Positions 13,525-28,565 of a DNA stretch of 64,000 nt are shown piece after piece (positions within the stretch are counted from its first letter, which is position 1; each line of letters begins with the position of its first letter). This stretch comes from Tubiluchus corallicola. Its lineage: Eukaryota > Animalia > Priapulida. The translations under genes were made by a program, and so were the position numbers. The stretch spans positions 26,779 through 90,778 of the forward strand of contig JAQGDQ010000830.1 of assembly GCA_030141605.1 (NCBI GenBank). Reading direction: 5' to 3'. Below the pieces are notes generated by a model. The model did not search any database, was not told the origin of the DNA, and was given only the letters and a program-made list of their open reading frames with translations.

Positions 13525-13694
13525 CATACATACATACATACATACATACATACATACATACATACATACATACATACATACATACATACATACATACATA
13601 CATACATACATACATACATACATACATACATACATACATACATACATACATACATACATACATACATACATACATACATACATACATACATACA

Positions 13695-13723
<29 letters not shown>
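13525..13723. repeat. (CATA)n microsatellite
   Basis: Pure tetranucleotide tract of ~200 bp. Confidence 0.97.
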
Positions 13724-13730
<7 letters not shown>

Positions 13731-13989
13731 GAGAGAGAGAGCTAAGTTTACCATCTCTGGTACCTGTAATTACTGTTGATAATATTTTAAGAAATAGTTG
13801 AAAATTAAAAATTGCTGACCCAAAAATAAGTTGATTTAAATGTTAAACTTACGCGAATAGAAAAAAAGCAGGGGTCACAAAGTTCGCCCGTATAAGCATT
13901 AAAAAATGTTTAAAAATCATTAGCAAGACTGTAAGTATTGCGAAAGAACTGTTACTTTCTGACCAAGTGTACATTTGCATATTAGCTGG

Positions 13990-16900
13990 TAGATGTTAAA
14001 CCAGTGTACATGCCTACCTGTTGTAACGCATTCTAGACCCTTACTTGCTGTAACTCATGTTAACATTCTAAAAACATCTACTTGCTGTAATGCATGTTAA
14101 CATTTTAGACACATACCTGCTGTAATGCATGTTAACATGGTGCACACCTATCTGCTGCAACATATGTTAACATTCTAGACACCTACCTGCTGTCACGCAT
14201 GTTAACATGGTGCACACCTACCTGCTGTAACACAGGTTAAACCAGTGTACACGCGTACCTGTTTTAACGCATGTTAACATTCTAGACACCTATCTGTTGA
14301 AACGCATGTTAACATTGTGCGCACCTACCTGCTGCAATGCATGTAAACATTCTAGACACCTACTTGTTGTAATGCATGTTAACATTCTAGACACCTACCT
14401 GCTGTAACATATGTTAACATTCTAGACACTTACTTGCTGTAACGCATGTTAAAATTATAAAAACACCTACTTGCTGTAGCGCATGTTAACATTCTAGACA
14501 CCTACCTGCTGTAACGCATGTTAACATTCTAGACACCTACCTGCTGTAACGCATGTTAACATTCTAGACACCTACCTGCTGTAATGCTTGCTAACATTGT
14601 GCGCACCTACCTGCTGCAATGCATGTAAACATTCGAGACACTTACCTGTTGCAATGCATGTTAACATTCTAGACACCTACCTGCTGTAATGCATGTTAAC
14701 ATGGTGCGCACCTATCTGCTGCAACATATGTTAACATTCTAGACACCTGCCTGCTATCACGCATGTTAACATAGTGCACACCTACCTGCTGTAACATATG
14801 TTATCATTCTAGAGACCCACCTGCTGCAGCATATGTTAACATTCAAGACACTTACTTGCTGTAACGCATGAGAGCATTCTAGACATCTACCTGCTGCAAC
14901 GCATGTAAACATTCTAGACACCTACCTGCTGTAATGCATGTTAACATGGTGCACACCTATCTGCTGCAACATATGTTAACATTCTAGACACTTACCTGCT
15001 GTAACGCATGTTAATATTCTAGACGCTGACTTGCTGTAACACATGTTAACATTGTAGACACCTACCTGCTGTAGTGCATGTTAACATTGTGCACACCAAC
15101 CTACTGCAACGCATGTCAACATTGTAGACACCTAAATGCTGTCGGCATGTTAACATGGTGCACACCTACCAGCTGTAACACATGTTAAACCAGTGTACAC
15201 GCCTACCTGTTGTAATGCATGTTAACATTCTAGACACCTATCTGTTGAAACGCATGTTAACATTGTACACACCTACCTGCTATAACATATGTTAACATTC
15301 TAGACACCTAAATGCTGTCACGCGTGTTAACATGGTGCACACCTACCAGCTGTAACACATGTTAAACCAGTGTACGCGCCTACCTGTTGTAACGCATGTT
15401 AACATTCTAGACACCCATCTGTTGAAATGCATGTTAACATTGTACACACCTACCTGCTATAATGCATGTTAATATTCTAGACGCCTACTTGCTGTAACGC
15501 ATGTTAACATTCTAGACACCTACCTGCTGCAACGCATGTAAACATTCTAGACACTTACCTGCTGTAACGCATGTTAATATTCTAGTCGCTGACTTGCTGT
15601 AACGCATGTTAACATTCTAGACACCTACCGCTGTAGTGCATGTTAACATTGTGCACACCAACCTACTGCAACGCATGTCAACATTGTAGACACCTAAATG
15701 CTGTCGGCATGTTAACATGGTGCACACCTACCAGCTGTAACACATGTTAAACCAGTGTACACGCCTACCTGTTGTAATGCATGTTAACATTCTAGACACC
15801 TATCTGTTGAAACGCATGTTAACATTGTACACACCTACCTGCTATAACATATGTTAACATTCTAGACACCTAAATGCTGTCACGCGTGTTAACATGGTGC
15901 ACACCTACCAGCTGTAACACATGTTAAACCAGTATACACGCCTACCTGTTGTAACGCATGTTAACATTCTAGACACCCATCTGTTGAAACGCATGTCAAC
16001 ATTGTACACACCTACCTGCTATAACGCATGTTAATATTCTAGACGCCTACTTGCTGTAACGCATGTTAATATTCTAGACACTGACCTGCTGTAATGCATG
16101 TTAACATTGTGCACACCTGCCTGCTGTAACATATGTTAACATTCTAGACACCTATCTGCTGTCACGCATGTTAACATGGTGCACACCTACCTGCTGTATC
16201 ACATGTTAAACCAGTGTACACGCCTAACTGTTGTAACGCATTCTAGACCCTTACTTGCTGTAACTCATGTTAACATTCTAAAAACATCTACTTGCTGTAA
16301 TGCATGTTAACATTTTAGACACCTACCTGCTGTAATGCATGTTAACATGGTGCACACCTATCTGCTGCAACATATGTTAACATTCTAGACACCTACCTGC
16401 TGTCACGCATGTTAACATGGTGCACACCTACCTGCTGTAACACAGGTTAAACCAGTGTACATGCGTACCTGTTTTAACGCATGTTAACATTCTAGACACC
16501 TATCTGTTGAAATGCATGTTAACATTGTGCGCACCTACCTGCTGCAATGCATGTAAACATTCTAGACACCTACTTGTTGTAATGCATGTTAACATTCTAG
16601 ACACCTACCTGCTGTAACATATGTTAACATTCTAGACACTTACTTGCTGTAACGCATGTTAAAATTATAAAAACACCTACTTGCTGTAGCGCATGTTAAC
16701 ATTCTAGACACCTACCTGCTGTAACGCATGTTAACATTCTAGACACCTACCTGCTGTAATGCTTGCTAACATTGTGCGCACCTACCTGCTGCAATGCATG
16801 TAAACATTCGAGACACTTACCTGTTGCAATGCATGTTAACATTCTAGACACCTACCTGCTGTAATGCATGTTAACATGGTGCGCACCTATCTGCTGCAAC

Positions 16901-17860
16901 ATATGTTAATATTCTAGACACCTGCCTGCTATCACGCATGTTAACATAGTGCACACCTACCTGCTGTAACATATGTTATCATTCTAGAGACCCACCTGCT
17001 GCAGCATATGTTAACATTCAAGACACTTACTTGCTGTAACGCATGAGAGCATTCTAGACATCTACCTGCTGCAACGCATGTAAACATTCTAGACACCTAC
17101 CTGCTGTAATGCATGTTAACATGGTGCACACCTATCTGCTGCAACATATGTTAACATTCTAGACACTTACCTGCTGTAACGCATGTTAATATTCTAGACG
17201 CTGATTGCTGTAACACATGTTAACATTGTAGACACCTACCTGCTGTCACGCATGTTAACATGGTGCACACCTATCTGCTGCAACATATGTTAACATTCTA
17301 GACACCTACCTGCTGTCACGCATGTTAACATGGTGCACACCTACCTGCTGTAACACATGTTAAACCACTGTACACACCTATCTGTTGTAACGCATGTTAA
17401 CATTCTAGACACCTATCTGTTGAAACGCATGTTAACATTGTGCACACCTACCTGCTGTAATGCATGTTAACATTGTGCACACCAACCTGTTGCGACGCAT
17501 GTTACCATTCTAGACACCTACCTGCTGTAACGCATGTTAACATTCTAGACACCTACCTGTTGTAACGCATATTAACATTCTAAGCACCTACCTGCTGTAA
17601 CGCATGTTAGCATGGTGCATACCTACCTGCTGCAACTCATGTTAACATTCTCGCCACCCACCTGCTGCAACATATGTTAACATTCTAGACACCTACCTGC
17701 TGTAATGCAGGTTAACATTGTGCACACTTACGTGCTGTAGCACATGTTAAACAGTGTACACGGCTGCTTGTTGTAAGGCATGATAGCATTCTAGACATCT
17801 ATCTGCTGTAATGCTTCTTAACATTGTGTGCACCTACCTGCTGCAACGCATGTAAACAAT
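13990..17860. repeat. 35-bp minisatellite array (~110 units) with higher-order structure
   Basis: Unit ACACCTACCTGCTGTAACGCATGTTAACATTCTAG; period 35 verified at 14501/14536/14571. Confidence 0.96.
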
Positions 17861-19247
17861 GCTGTAATACATTAAGATTGATGCACCACCTACCATGGTG
17901 GCGGCCAGTGCCGATAGTACCTTTGATTGTCTATCTCACTGTTTGCGTGTTGCTGCCACCTGCTTACGGTTGTTGTGTAAAGGTCGCTTTTCCAAACACT
18001 TTCCTACCATAGAAACGTATAGGGAAGCCAAAACCTTATTCCCAGTTATCCAGGTAGGTATAGAAAGAAAGGACGACTTTGAGGAGACGTTGCTGACTAA
18101 TGAAGCAGTTTCCAACCATCTCCGCTCTAGTGCTAGTGTTGATAGTCCAGGCAATGCATTATCCACATCCTAAACCAAGACCTCCCTCAATGTTCAGCAC
18201 CTCTTCCGCAATTAATCTACGACGATGAAAGGGCACACTGGCGAAAAGACGCAGAGGACTAAGTGATGTTCACCACGCCATTACCAGTGCAACAAGTGAC
18301 AAGGTCAGCGTTACCTGAATAAATCACATACGTGTCATGTAAAAGTTTTCTTAAATCAAAATGATCTTCAGGAAGACATTGGAAGTATACCATCTACATC
18401 ACTGACATCATGATATAAACGATACCTACTAGGCCTACGGTAAAATGTTACATGATGTCATAGATTTTCATATCCCCGTTAAAACAAAACCAAAATTGTC
18501 GCAGAAAAGTGGCCATTCATGATTGGACAGCTTCATAGAGCTGTAAATCACGAAAAAATCACGAGTGCAGCCGATTTAAGTGCGCAAGAAACTGGAACAA
18601 CTATCGTAAACAGGGTTATTTATAAAATAAATTGAAACGACGGGTTGTCCGAATTTATTTTCGCGAAAGTTGTAGCGGCGGGCCAAAGTCGAAAGAGTTC
18701 TGGCCAATCATCAAGTCATTTCTAACGAACAAATGAAGTTAATAGAATACATCAATCATTCTGTAATATTAGCAACATTTTCACATCAGTGCAATGTCTG
18801 TAAATTTTTTAACGACCACTTCACGAGTGGGGCTAACAATATTGGAGAAGCTACAAAATTTAAGCTACTTAACATGCTTAAAAACTGGGACTATCCCACC
18901 AGGCGAATTTCGCTTCAGACCAATAAACGAATTTGATGTCAGCAGATCTTAGAAACAAATACCTCTCCGTAACCCCACTGGCTTTGACGGAATATCTATT
19001 GAGACGTTTGAACATGCTGAAACCTGCAATTATCACATCGCTAGCAAACACTGATTCAGCATATCGTTGCTCGATGGGTTCTAGTTTCATAAAACGCAGT
19101 TACATAAATTTTAGTTAAATTGAACAAGTTTTTCCTCATCTGTTATTTTAGTTTTGCATGTTCTTTTTCAAGTAACAATTGTGCTCATAATAATTAGTTA
19201 CTAGCTTAACAGCTGCAGCCTGTACACTACAGGAGTTTTAATTACTA

Positions 19248-19520
<273 letters not shown>

Positions 19521-19835
19521 TATTTATAGGCATTAAATTTTCGTTTACTAATTCTTTATTTTTGTAAAAGCACTCTAAAAACGTTTATTTACTTTTCCTG
19601 GTAATAATAAAAGCCATAAATTTATATTAGAAGTAACATGACTTGCCATCGACTTTAGTAATACAAAATAGTAATGAAAAATAGATGTATTTTGTAAAAC
19701 AACGAAATTTTAAAACTTAACGATAACAAGAAACATCATAAAAACATTTTAACAACACTGTATAAAAACGTAAAGCAACTAATGTGTCAAGTCAAACATT
19801 AAGTCTATACTTCGGTTTGATGTACAGTTAACCTA

Positions 19836-20273
19836 TTAGTTGTAACCTGCATAGCCTCTAGCAGTAACATAAGTTTTGCCACCGGTAACATATCCAAAAC
19901 CTCCATGATAAACTGGCCGAGACTTGTATTCACCACCAAACCTACCACGCCCTCCTCCATATCCACCACCGATAAACGAACCTCCATATCCGGCTCCAAA
20001 TCCACCTTCATAGCCTTTAACAGGTCCACCACCACCGCCTACATATCCTCCTGTCAAGCCAAGCTGACCCACTCCGGCTCCAATAATTCCACCACCATAG
20101 TGACCTCCGTAGCCACTGCCAAATCCACCATAGTCGCCATCGTATCCACTATAACCGCAACCACTTCCATATCCGCCACCATATCTACTATAACTGCCAT
20201 AATTACTGTAGCGCCCACAGTAGTTAATTCCACGTCGTCGATATCCGGAAGGATAAACAAAAGAAACCATCGC
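19836..20273 (-). CDS. Exon 2 of a secreted Gly/Tyr-rich protein (gene B, ~156 aa)
   Basis: Acceptor TTTTTGTAG|GCG at 20274/20273; AMVSFVYPSGYRRRG...YGGGYGSG...GGYGGGRGRFGG...YAGYN*. Confidence 0.88.
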   Translation of the reverse strand, partial: AMVSFVYPSGYRRRGINYCGRYSNYGSYSRYGGGYGSGCGYSGYDGDYGGFGSGYGGHYGGGIIGAGVGQLGLTGGYVGGGGGPVKGYEGGFGAGYGGSFIGGGYGGGRGRFGGEYKSRPVYHGGFGYVTGGKTYVTARGYAGYN

Positions 20274-20332
20274 CTACAAAAACATTGATGGAATGAAATC
20301 ACAATAATTATTAAAACTTATTTACTAAAGAG

Positions 20333-20990
20333 AATAGAAATAGAAATAGAAATAGCAATAGAAATAGCAATAGCAATAGCAATAGAAATAGAAATAGAAA
20401 TAGAAATAGAAATAGAAATAGAAATAGAAATAGAAATAGAAATAGAAATAGAAATAGAAATAGTTATAGAAATAGAAATAGAAATAGAAATAGAAATAGA
20501 AATAGAAATAGAAATAGAAATAGAAATAGAAATAGAAATAGAAATAGAAATAGAAATAGAAATAGAAATAGAAATAGAAATAGAAATAGAAATAGAAATA
20601 GAAATAGAAATAGAAATAGAAAGAGAAATAGAAATAGAAATAGAAATAGAAATGGAAATAGAAATAGAAATAGAAATAGAAATAGACATAGACATAGACA
20701 TAGACATAGACATAGACATAGACATAGACATAGAAATAGAAACAGAAAAGAAATAGAAATAGAAAAGAAATAGAAATAGAAATAGAAATAGAAATAGAAA
20801 TAGAAATAGAAATAGAAATAGAAATAGAAATAGAAATAGAAATAGAAATAGAAATAGAAACAGAAACAGAAACAGAAACAGAAACAGAAACAGAAACAGA
20901 AACAGAAACAGAAACAGAAAGAGAAAGAGAAAGAGAAACAGAAACAGAAATAGAAATAGAAATAGAAAGAGAAAGAGAAAGAGAAAGAGA
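20333..20990. repeat. (ATAGAA)n hexamer microsatellite with ATAGCA/ATAGAC/ACAGAA/AGAGAA variant blocks
   Basis: Directly visible; lies in the gene B intron next to the acceptor. Confidence 0.96.
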
Positions 20991-22180
20991 ATTGAAATGT
21001 AATAGAAATGACATTGTTTTGTTTTGTAGTAATTTGTTCAGTGAAAATTAATATAATGATATCTTAATTGAGAAACTAACCACTTGTGCGTGAACGGTTT
21101 ACTTCAATTATATTAAGTTTAACATATAAAGTACCCTATCTGTATGCCATCATGCTGAGACAAAACAGTGCAAAGCGTTGATTGCTTTTTCAACTTTGTG
21201 GCTAAAAACGGAATCATGTGACGGAGGATGTGGTCAATAACCAGTGCCTTGTATGCAGGTGTAGGCATTGCCAGTGTCATGCCTGCAGACGTGGACAGTG
21301 AACAGTGCCTTGTCAGCAGACGTTGCCAGTGACCTGCACCTTGTCTATACATGTGGACAAGCGTCATGTCTACTGATGATTAAATCCAGTACAATATGAC
21401 GAGAACTTCAATTATTTAATAAGCATAAATGAAGTTGGTAGAATAAGTAGCAGTTTGTTGATTTGCTTAATGAAATGGACACATTAAATTCTGTCTCAAA
21501 CCAGTAAGTTGCTGAACACATCCGTATCTGCGAGAAAATTTTAAAATTTTTAAATAAATACCATTTTTAAATGTAGCAGTTCTTAGAATCAATAATGTTC
21601 TAAATACTGTAGCTTGCAGAGGCAACTAGATTTTAACAGTGCTGATAGGCCTAGACATAAAAAAACGTTTTGTAAAACGTATCATTTGCTGAACTTCTTG
21701 ATACGCCTCATATGAACACAGAATCTAGGCCGCAGACTAAAGCTTCGCCACGCAGCGTTATCTAAAGCTAAAAAATCCAACCATTAATGTTTTGGGTTCA
21801 CTACTGCGGGGGAAATAAACACCACGGGGGAAATAAACACCATTGGTCTTTCGAATTTTCGGTTTTCGACCACTTCTCTGTAGTGCAACTGACATCACAC
21901 TGGCATATTAAACAACGTCAATATCTAATAATTCTACCTGTTTAACCATATCTTACTGATTCGCTAACTTTTCACCGCAGCCTGGATTATAAATATCTGG
22001 GATATTATCTTCCCCACCAAACAAATATCATATCAAATAATCTTCAAAATTTGTATATACACTAACTCTGTATGCGAGTGAAAAGTAACTCTCCTTTGAA
22101 AAGATAGATGGCGCAATTTACTCGAAAATTACAGCACTTGCACAAAAACTAGTTTGTCAGTTCCGCAAAGACAGATAAAT

Positions 22181-22320
<140 letters not shown>

Positions 22321-25300
22321 AGTTAGTAGGAAGCTAGTTCCAATTGTAATATGTGAAGCATGCTACGACAAAAACAACTCAATGGACATACAGCCAGGAA
22401 TCAGCAGAGAAAGAGTAAGTTCTGTTTCCTTAACCAGCGTAGTTGGAGCGATATCGACAACCTAAAAACGCAGATAACAGAATTAGTCGAACAGGAAAAA
22501 AATCAAGCAAAGTTACGTCATATATTATAATGGTTACTAGAGAATCAAGAATATGTAGTGCAAAAGTCTGTATTAGACAAACTGTCCAAAATGGACTTGG
22601 AAATAGGAAAAATACGAGACAATTTAACGAAAATGTCAAACAAACAAAAAGCGTCTTATAGCTCAGTGGTGTGGGAAAGCAGAAGAAAGCGGCAATCTAC
22701 CGTCATGGTTAAAACTGCTAGTGAGGGAAAATCCACAAACAGAATTAGCCGCAAACCTGAAAGTGCAATGACAGATATGCATTATAAACCCGAGTACACT
22801 GTGATTATTGAAAATGTCACTGAGAGAAAAATTGGGAAAAATAGTATGAGTATTAAGAAACATATAAGTGAAGTATTTCCTAGAGTTAGATTTGACACGG
22901 CATATAAAACAGCGAGAGGAAAGATACAGCTTCAACTTAAGAATGAAGATGATGCAAATGCAATAGTAGGTGGTTGGCAAGCTAAATTCTTAGGTACAAA
23001 CACAGTGGCTTGAAAGACAAAATTAAATGCCGTGGGCATCCTGAAAGATGAAAGATACATCTTTGACAGATGGGGAGGTAGAAGAAGAAATTATCGCAAT
23101 ATTTCGAGGTGTCAAAGTTGACAGGTTGACGAGATGCCAAGACAAAACCCCATTGCCATTAGTCAAAGTCAGTTTTCCTTCAGATAACGATCTGGATTTA
23201 GCAATCAGAGAAGGCATACCATTTGGGAATATATACAGTAGAGAAATTCATCTTCAAAAATGACCATTATTATGTCATAGATGTTACTCTTTTGGTCATG
23301 TGGCTAAATTGCTGTGACCATAAAACTGTATGCGGAAAGTGTGCAATGAATTATAGCTCGAATGCATGTCAGACAGACAGAATGAAGTGTAAAAATTGTA
23401 AGAACGAACACCAACCTTGGTCTCGTGATTGCCCAATTTACAAACAACAGGAAGACCAGTTAAATGGATACCATGAGGAGTACATTCAAGATGGCTAGTT
23501 CAAGCAAACGTTTAAAAGTTTGCCGATTAATAGTAACAGTTTTCCTGTGGGTCCAAAATGGCGATTGAAAAGTTTGTGAATGAGAATAACGGTGATGCAA
23601 TTGCTGTATAAGAAACTAAAGTAATTGAAAAGGATTTGGGTGAAATATCTTTAACTAATTATAATAGTTTTGCGAAAGCTTCTAGGGGATACCCGGGTGA
23701 ATGCGCTGTACTAATTAGAAAAAGCATTACTTGCTGTCGAGTACGAGAGTTTGAGCTTCCGGAACTGGATTCAGTATGGATAACAATGCAAGCATATGGT
23801 GACAAATATTTAATGAATTCAATATATGTGACACCAAACTCAAAAGAATTGTTACAAAAATATATATAAAATAACGCTGGAGACGCCCAAAAGTTTGCTA
23901 ATACTCATGGAATACGTAACTTAATATCTATTGATGATCTTAATGCTCGCAGTTACCAATGGGGGTGTAAATTCTAATGAACATGGGCTATTAATAGTAG
24001 ATCTACTAACTGATATTAGCTTGGACTTAACAATACTTGTTGCCAACACTGAGAAGTTCAGTTCTATAACTGGCAAAAGTATTATAGATGTTATTATAAC
24101 AAATAATTTTACAACAGCAAAAGTTTTATCTCATACAGTAGACAAAGATGTAGAACTTTTTGCCGGGTTCCCACAATGGGGCATTATCCTGTTAGAACAG
24201 AGTTTAATGTAAATCGGAGCAGGCTAAACAACCGACGTACGAGATTTGACTACAAGCGAAGCAACTGGATGTTTTGGAGGAGAGAATGAGAGCAGTATAT
24301 CCGACAGTCACAACGGAGCTACAAAACGAAAATGCCAATAACGTGTGGGCGTTATTTTTAAACGCTATTCAGGAAACCAACAATGAAGCCTTGGTAACAA
24401 AAACGATTTCGGCACACAGTAAACCCTTCTGGACACCTCAGCTGTCAGTGCTTTCCAGCGAATTACGAGAACTGAAAAGAGCCTACAAACAGCATTCTAA
24501 TTACATAAACCTAAATGCCTACCAGAGTAAAAAAGAACAATTGCAAAACAAACAAATTATCCAAAATACTGCAGTTTTAAATGAGAGAAAATGACTTTTG
24601 GAAAACTTATTGGAAAGTGTTTGGAGATAGCAGTGAGAACGGTGTAGATATTCTAAAGGTAAATGATGTTTATTATACAGACGAAAACGATAAAAGTTGG
24701 ATATTGTATGAAACATTTTTCAATGGTAGTCATGTAAACAATAATGCTTTTGATTATGCTTCGTTTGAATATGTAGAAAATGATGTAGCTGAAGCAATTA
24801 ATTTAAATAAAAAAACTAATAGTGGTTTAACGAAAATTTGGCAATAGTTAAACTCACCTTTGCGATAAAAAACATTAAGGTTTCTAATAAAAGCATTGAC
24901 TGTGATGGATGTCACCCACTCATGTTGAAACACATGGGTTTCTGTGGGAAGAGCTTATTATTAAACCTAGCTAGCTTTAAAAACTGGTAAATGGCCGTGG
25001 AACAGCGCAAAATTGATATTCTTCCGTAAAGATGGAAGAAACGATTACAGTGACCCATCAAATTATAGGCCAATTACGTTTGGCATGATTATGGCAAAAT
25101 AGTATAGAAAAACTCATAGAGATCAGATTGAGAACCTGCTTAAATAACAGCAACATTTTAGATCAAGAGCAGGAAGGATTTCAACCCTTGCGTAGCACAA
25201 ATCGGTATCTGCTTTGACTAGTTTCCGCTATTGAAAGAAACAGGCTTCAAAACAGTCCCGGAATTGCAGTCTTTTGTCACTTCACAAAGGCCTTCGATAG

Positions 25301-26820
25301 CATTTGGGTGAACAGTTTAATATTTAATATTTAATAATAACAGGTTAAGTTTGCCCAAGCAGGCAGGCTTTTGAAACTGATTTGCTCATTTATGAAAAAC
25401 TGGCATATTAAAATACGAATAGAAAATTATTTGTCTGAAGAATTGTTGTGTCACGTAGGTGTACCGCAGGGATCTGTCCTGTCACCACAATTGTTTATTC
25501 TGTATGTGCCAGATATGTTTAGTGAAACAGACCCAAACAGAAATGTTTTGAAGTTTAAATTTGCTGATGACGGCACAATTTATGGGTACGCAAACACAAA
25601 TAACGAATGCTACGAATTGGCTCAGTTGTCATGTGATAAACTCCATGCCTGGTGTTCTAAATGGAGGCAGATGTTGAACTGTAATTTAAACAAAACAGAA
25701 GCTATTGTTTTTGAAAATGATGAAAATTCCAGCTTGCCATAATTACGTTTTGGTAACGAAGAGATAAATTATGTTAATAACATGAAAGTGCTTGGAATTA
25801 TTGTCGATAAACATATGAATTTTAATAGCCATACTTCTAGAACCAGGCAAAGTGTTTGGAAGAAGTGGGCTAAACTCAAGAGCGTATTTTGTAAAAATAA
25901 AGGTTTAAGAATGACAACCATTATCAGATTATTCCAATCTGTTCTGATGTCAAGTATATTTTATGATGCGCCGAGCTGGATGAACAGAAAGCTCGGTGAT
26001 TTTGATGATTTATGGTATGACGTAATGAAAGCTGCTGCGGGGGTGGGTACGATCACCGGAAATCTGATATTGAATGTATTTGTGGAATGGCTCCAGTAGA
26101 CATAGTTTTTTCGTACATAGTCAGTAAACTTATACTAAAAACGTTGAGCTTTATGGATGAGGACTTACTTAAGCAAGAAATACTTATTTGTGAAATAATT
26201 GCCTCTAAATCGTCGAATAAACAATCACCCTGTAACAATTCATTTGGCTACGGCAAAAACTTTCTTAAAAATATGCAAAGGGCTTAATATGAGAAACGAA
26301 AATTTCAGTAACCTGGAGTATATTAATTCGCGCTACACCAGACAAGAATGTGTCAAATTTCAAAGCTCGCAACAGAGGCGTAGAATCCAACATAGCAACC
26401 AATAGATGGCATAGCCACAGATATTATAACCCCAGAACTAAAGCCACTATAGTTAATCATTTAACAGTAAGCAGAGGTGCGTTGAAACCAAAGCACTAAA
26501 CTGGTTGTTGACAAGACACGGTCTTTTTTATACAGTATTGGGGAAGCAGCCACAAATGTTGCGCATGTCATAGTGAGGATGCACAAACTTCTGACCATCT
26601 ACTCTTTAATTGTAGTTTAGTTGACCAAGAAGCCAGAAAAAATCTTATCGATGTTCTGCCCAACCGGGAATTAAGAGAGATTTACTTTAAAAGAAATGTA
26701 CTAGTTTGTGGTAAATTTATACAAGTGGTGAAAGACATTATTTACAAAAATCTAATGTAGTTTTTATTACTTCGGGTTAGGTGAGCATATACAATGTGTA
26801 AAAAAGTAAGATAAATAAGT
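22321..26820 (+). mobile_element. Near full-length decayed non-LTR retrotransposon (I/Jockey group)
   Basis: ORF1 fragments with gag-like Cys knuckles (CGKC...CKNCKNEHQPWSRDCP); ORF2 fragments APE (ETK, DLNA, IIDVII), RT (NYRPI, QEGF, FTKAFD, GVPQGSVLSP, FADD) and C-terminal DHLLFNC. Many stops and frameshifts; clade assignment is tentative. Confidence 0.85.
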
Positions 26821-27554
26821 TTCTATATTTTGTTATAAATATAAGGATGCATAGTAAGCGTAACATAAATATGGGCAAGTTTTCTGAACCATAGTTGCTA
26901 CTAGTCGTAGTTGTGATTATTCATATAGCTTGTACGTGATTGTTGTATTTTGTGTAATTATTTTTCTTGTATCATATGTACAAACAACATCTGAGTATTG
27001 CGTGTCAACTTATTCTTACCATTGTGTGCAGTAATTCATAATATCTTTTTGTGTGACTTGCTTTTGGATCTAGTTACCTGTGTCACAATATATACTTGTA
27101 TTTCTTTTGGATGTATTAGATTGAAATGATACCTTGTATCCTTCTTAACAACACGAACTGTGCCTGCTGCAAATGCAGAATTATGGTAAAACAATAATTG
27201 AGCCTTTTACAGTGTTCAAAATAACAAAACTGAATGGTGATGATAACGGTTAATCACAGGAGCACAATTCTCTAATTATTTGTTGAGACTAACTTGTTTA
27301 AAGCCCAAACTATTACAGTAGCTTTAAAACCAAAAGTTGTGCCGCCGCTGTTGGTATTCTCAATTGTGTCAATGTTTCTCTATAACATGAGCTTATAAAG
27401 GTGTGTTCAATGTCCAATTACGGATGTGCACTTGTATATATTGAAGTAAGTTACTGTTTAGCGAAGCAAAACTACAAGAAGGCTAAGTGCTAGAGATGCT
27501 TCTTCAAAAACTGAAATAATTGGTCAATTTATAATAATATTTCCAAATATTCTT

Positions 27555-28166
27555 TAAAGCAGAACCGGTCGCAATTTTAAACTGTAGGTCAAAACATCTA
27601 CTCTTAAAAATATTGAAAGAAAACATACTATTTTTTAAAAAATGACTCTTAGGGAAGAATTATTAACACAAAAATACAATTTCACGCTCGCTTTACTTGT
27701 TCTTCGCTGTTACATGCACTTCGCCATTCGCTAGTTAGACGAGCACTACCGCTAGCATTTCGGAAGCGCATTGCTAAAAACAAGTGCTGTGCCTCTCAGT
27801 TCAGATGTGTTAGTTTATGACGAACTACACAAGTTCGGTAGCTCAGGCGTGAGCACAGCGGTAAATTTGAAATTTGAATTTTTATCTTAAAACTTGCTGA
27901 GTTTTAGCACAACACACTGAATCTCTTACAGTACTGTACATCAATTTTTGCTTTCGCAAACACGTGCAACACGCTCGTGGAATATTTTGTAGTTGAAAAT
28001 TATGTTAGTTTGTGAGGTCATCAATAGTTAGGCTTGCCGTTAATTAAGTTTTTAATCTATTATTTAATTATCAGCAACGCTTTTGCAGTATTAATTGTGT
28101 TAAAATGTATACTTATCGAACTTGAAAATAGGGTAGTATATGAAAAATCATCCTGTCTTCGTTTAA
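27555..28166 (+). mobile_element. Kolobok-like family, copy 2
   Basis: Homologous to 8858-9447; begins TTAAAGCAGAACCGG and ends GTCTTCGTTTAA. Confidence 0.6.
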
Positions 28167-28532
28167 ATCATTAAACAGTTGAACGGTCAACAACTGATCA
28201 ATAACATTTACGCAAATTTTAAATATAGCAAAAAATAGCATTATAAAAAAATTAAATTATTTTGGATCCAGCTGAATCCCATAAGTTTATAACAGAAAGA
28301 GACTGCATGCAAGCACATTAATTGAGAATGCCTGCACAACAGCAGAGCGGTAGCTTTTACAACGATAGTACGGTTTATTTAATGATTTATATATAATATT
28401 TATATATATAGTATATATATAGTATATTTAATGCAATATATAGTTTTCTGACTAAGTGACTATATAAACTATATATAGAGACAGAGGTAAGATAATCCAT
28501 TTGATCTCAAAAAGAAAACATTAATTACATAC

Positions 28533-28565
28533 CACTAGTGTGAGTGCAAAGGAAAGTGACTTCAT
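28533..28565 (-). CDS. Exon 1 (signal peptide) of gene B
   Basis: tcaaaATG AAG TCA CTT TCC TTT GCA CTC ACA CTA GTG|GTATGT = MKSLSFALTLV, phase 0. Joins exon 2 to give the signal-peptide-like MKSLSFALTLVAMVSFVYP; implies an 8.26-kb intron. Confidence 0.72.

Noticed and set aside
12626-13754. Multiple His/Thr- or Val/Trp/Cys-rich ORFs
   Set aside because: Translations of (CACCA)n and (CATA)n microsatellites.
17870-18316. Possible third decayed secreted-protein exon (acceptor TTCAG then VTLTLSLVALVMAW*)
   Set aside because: Several stops in every frame and no clear family signature.
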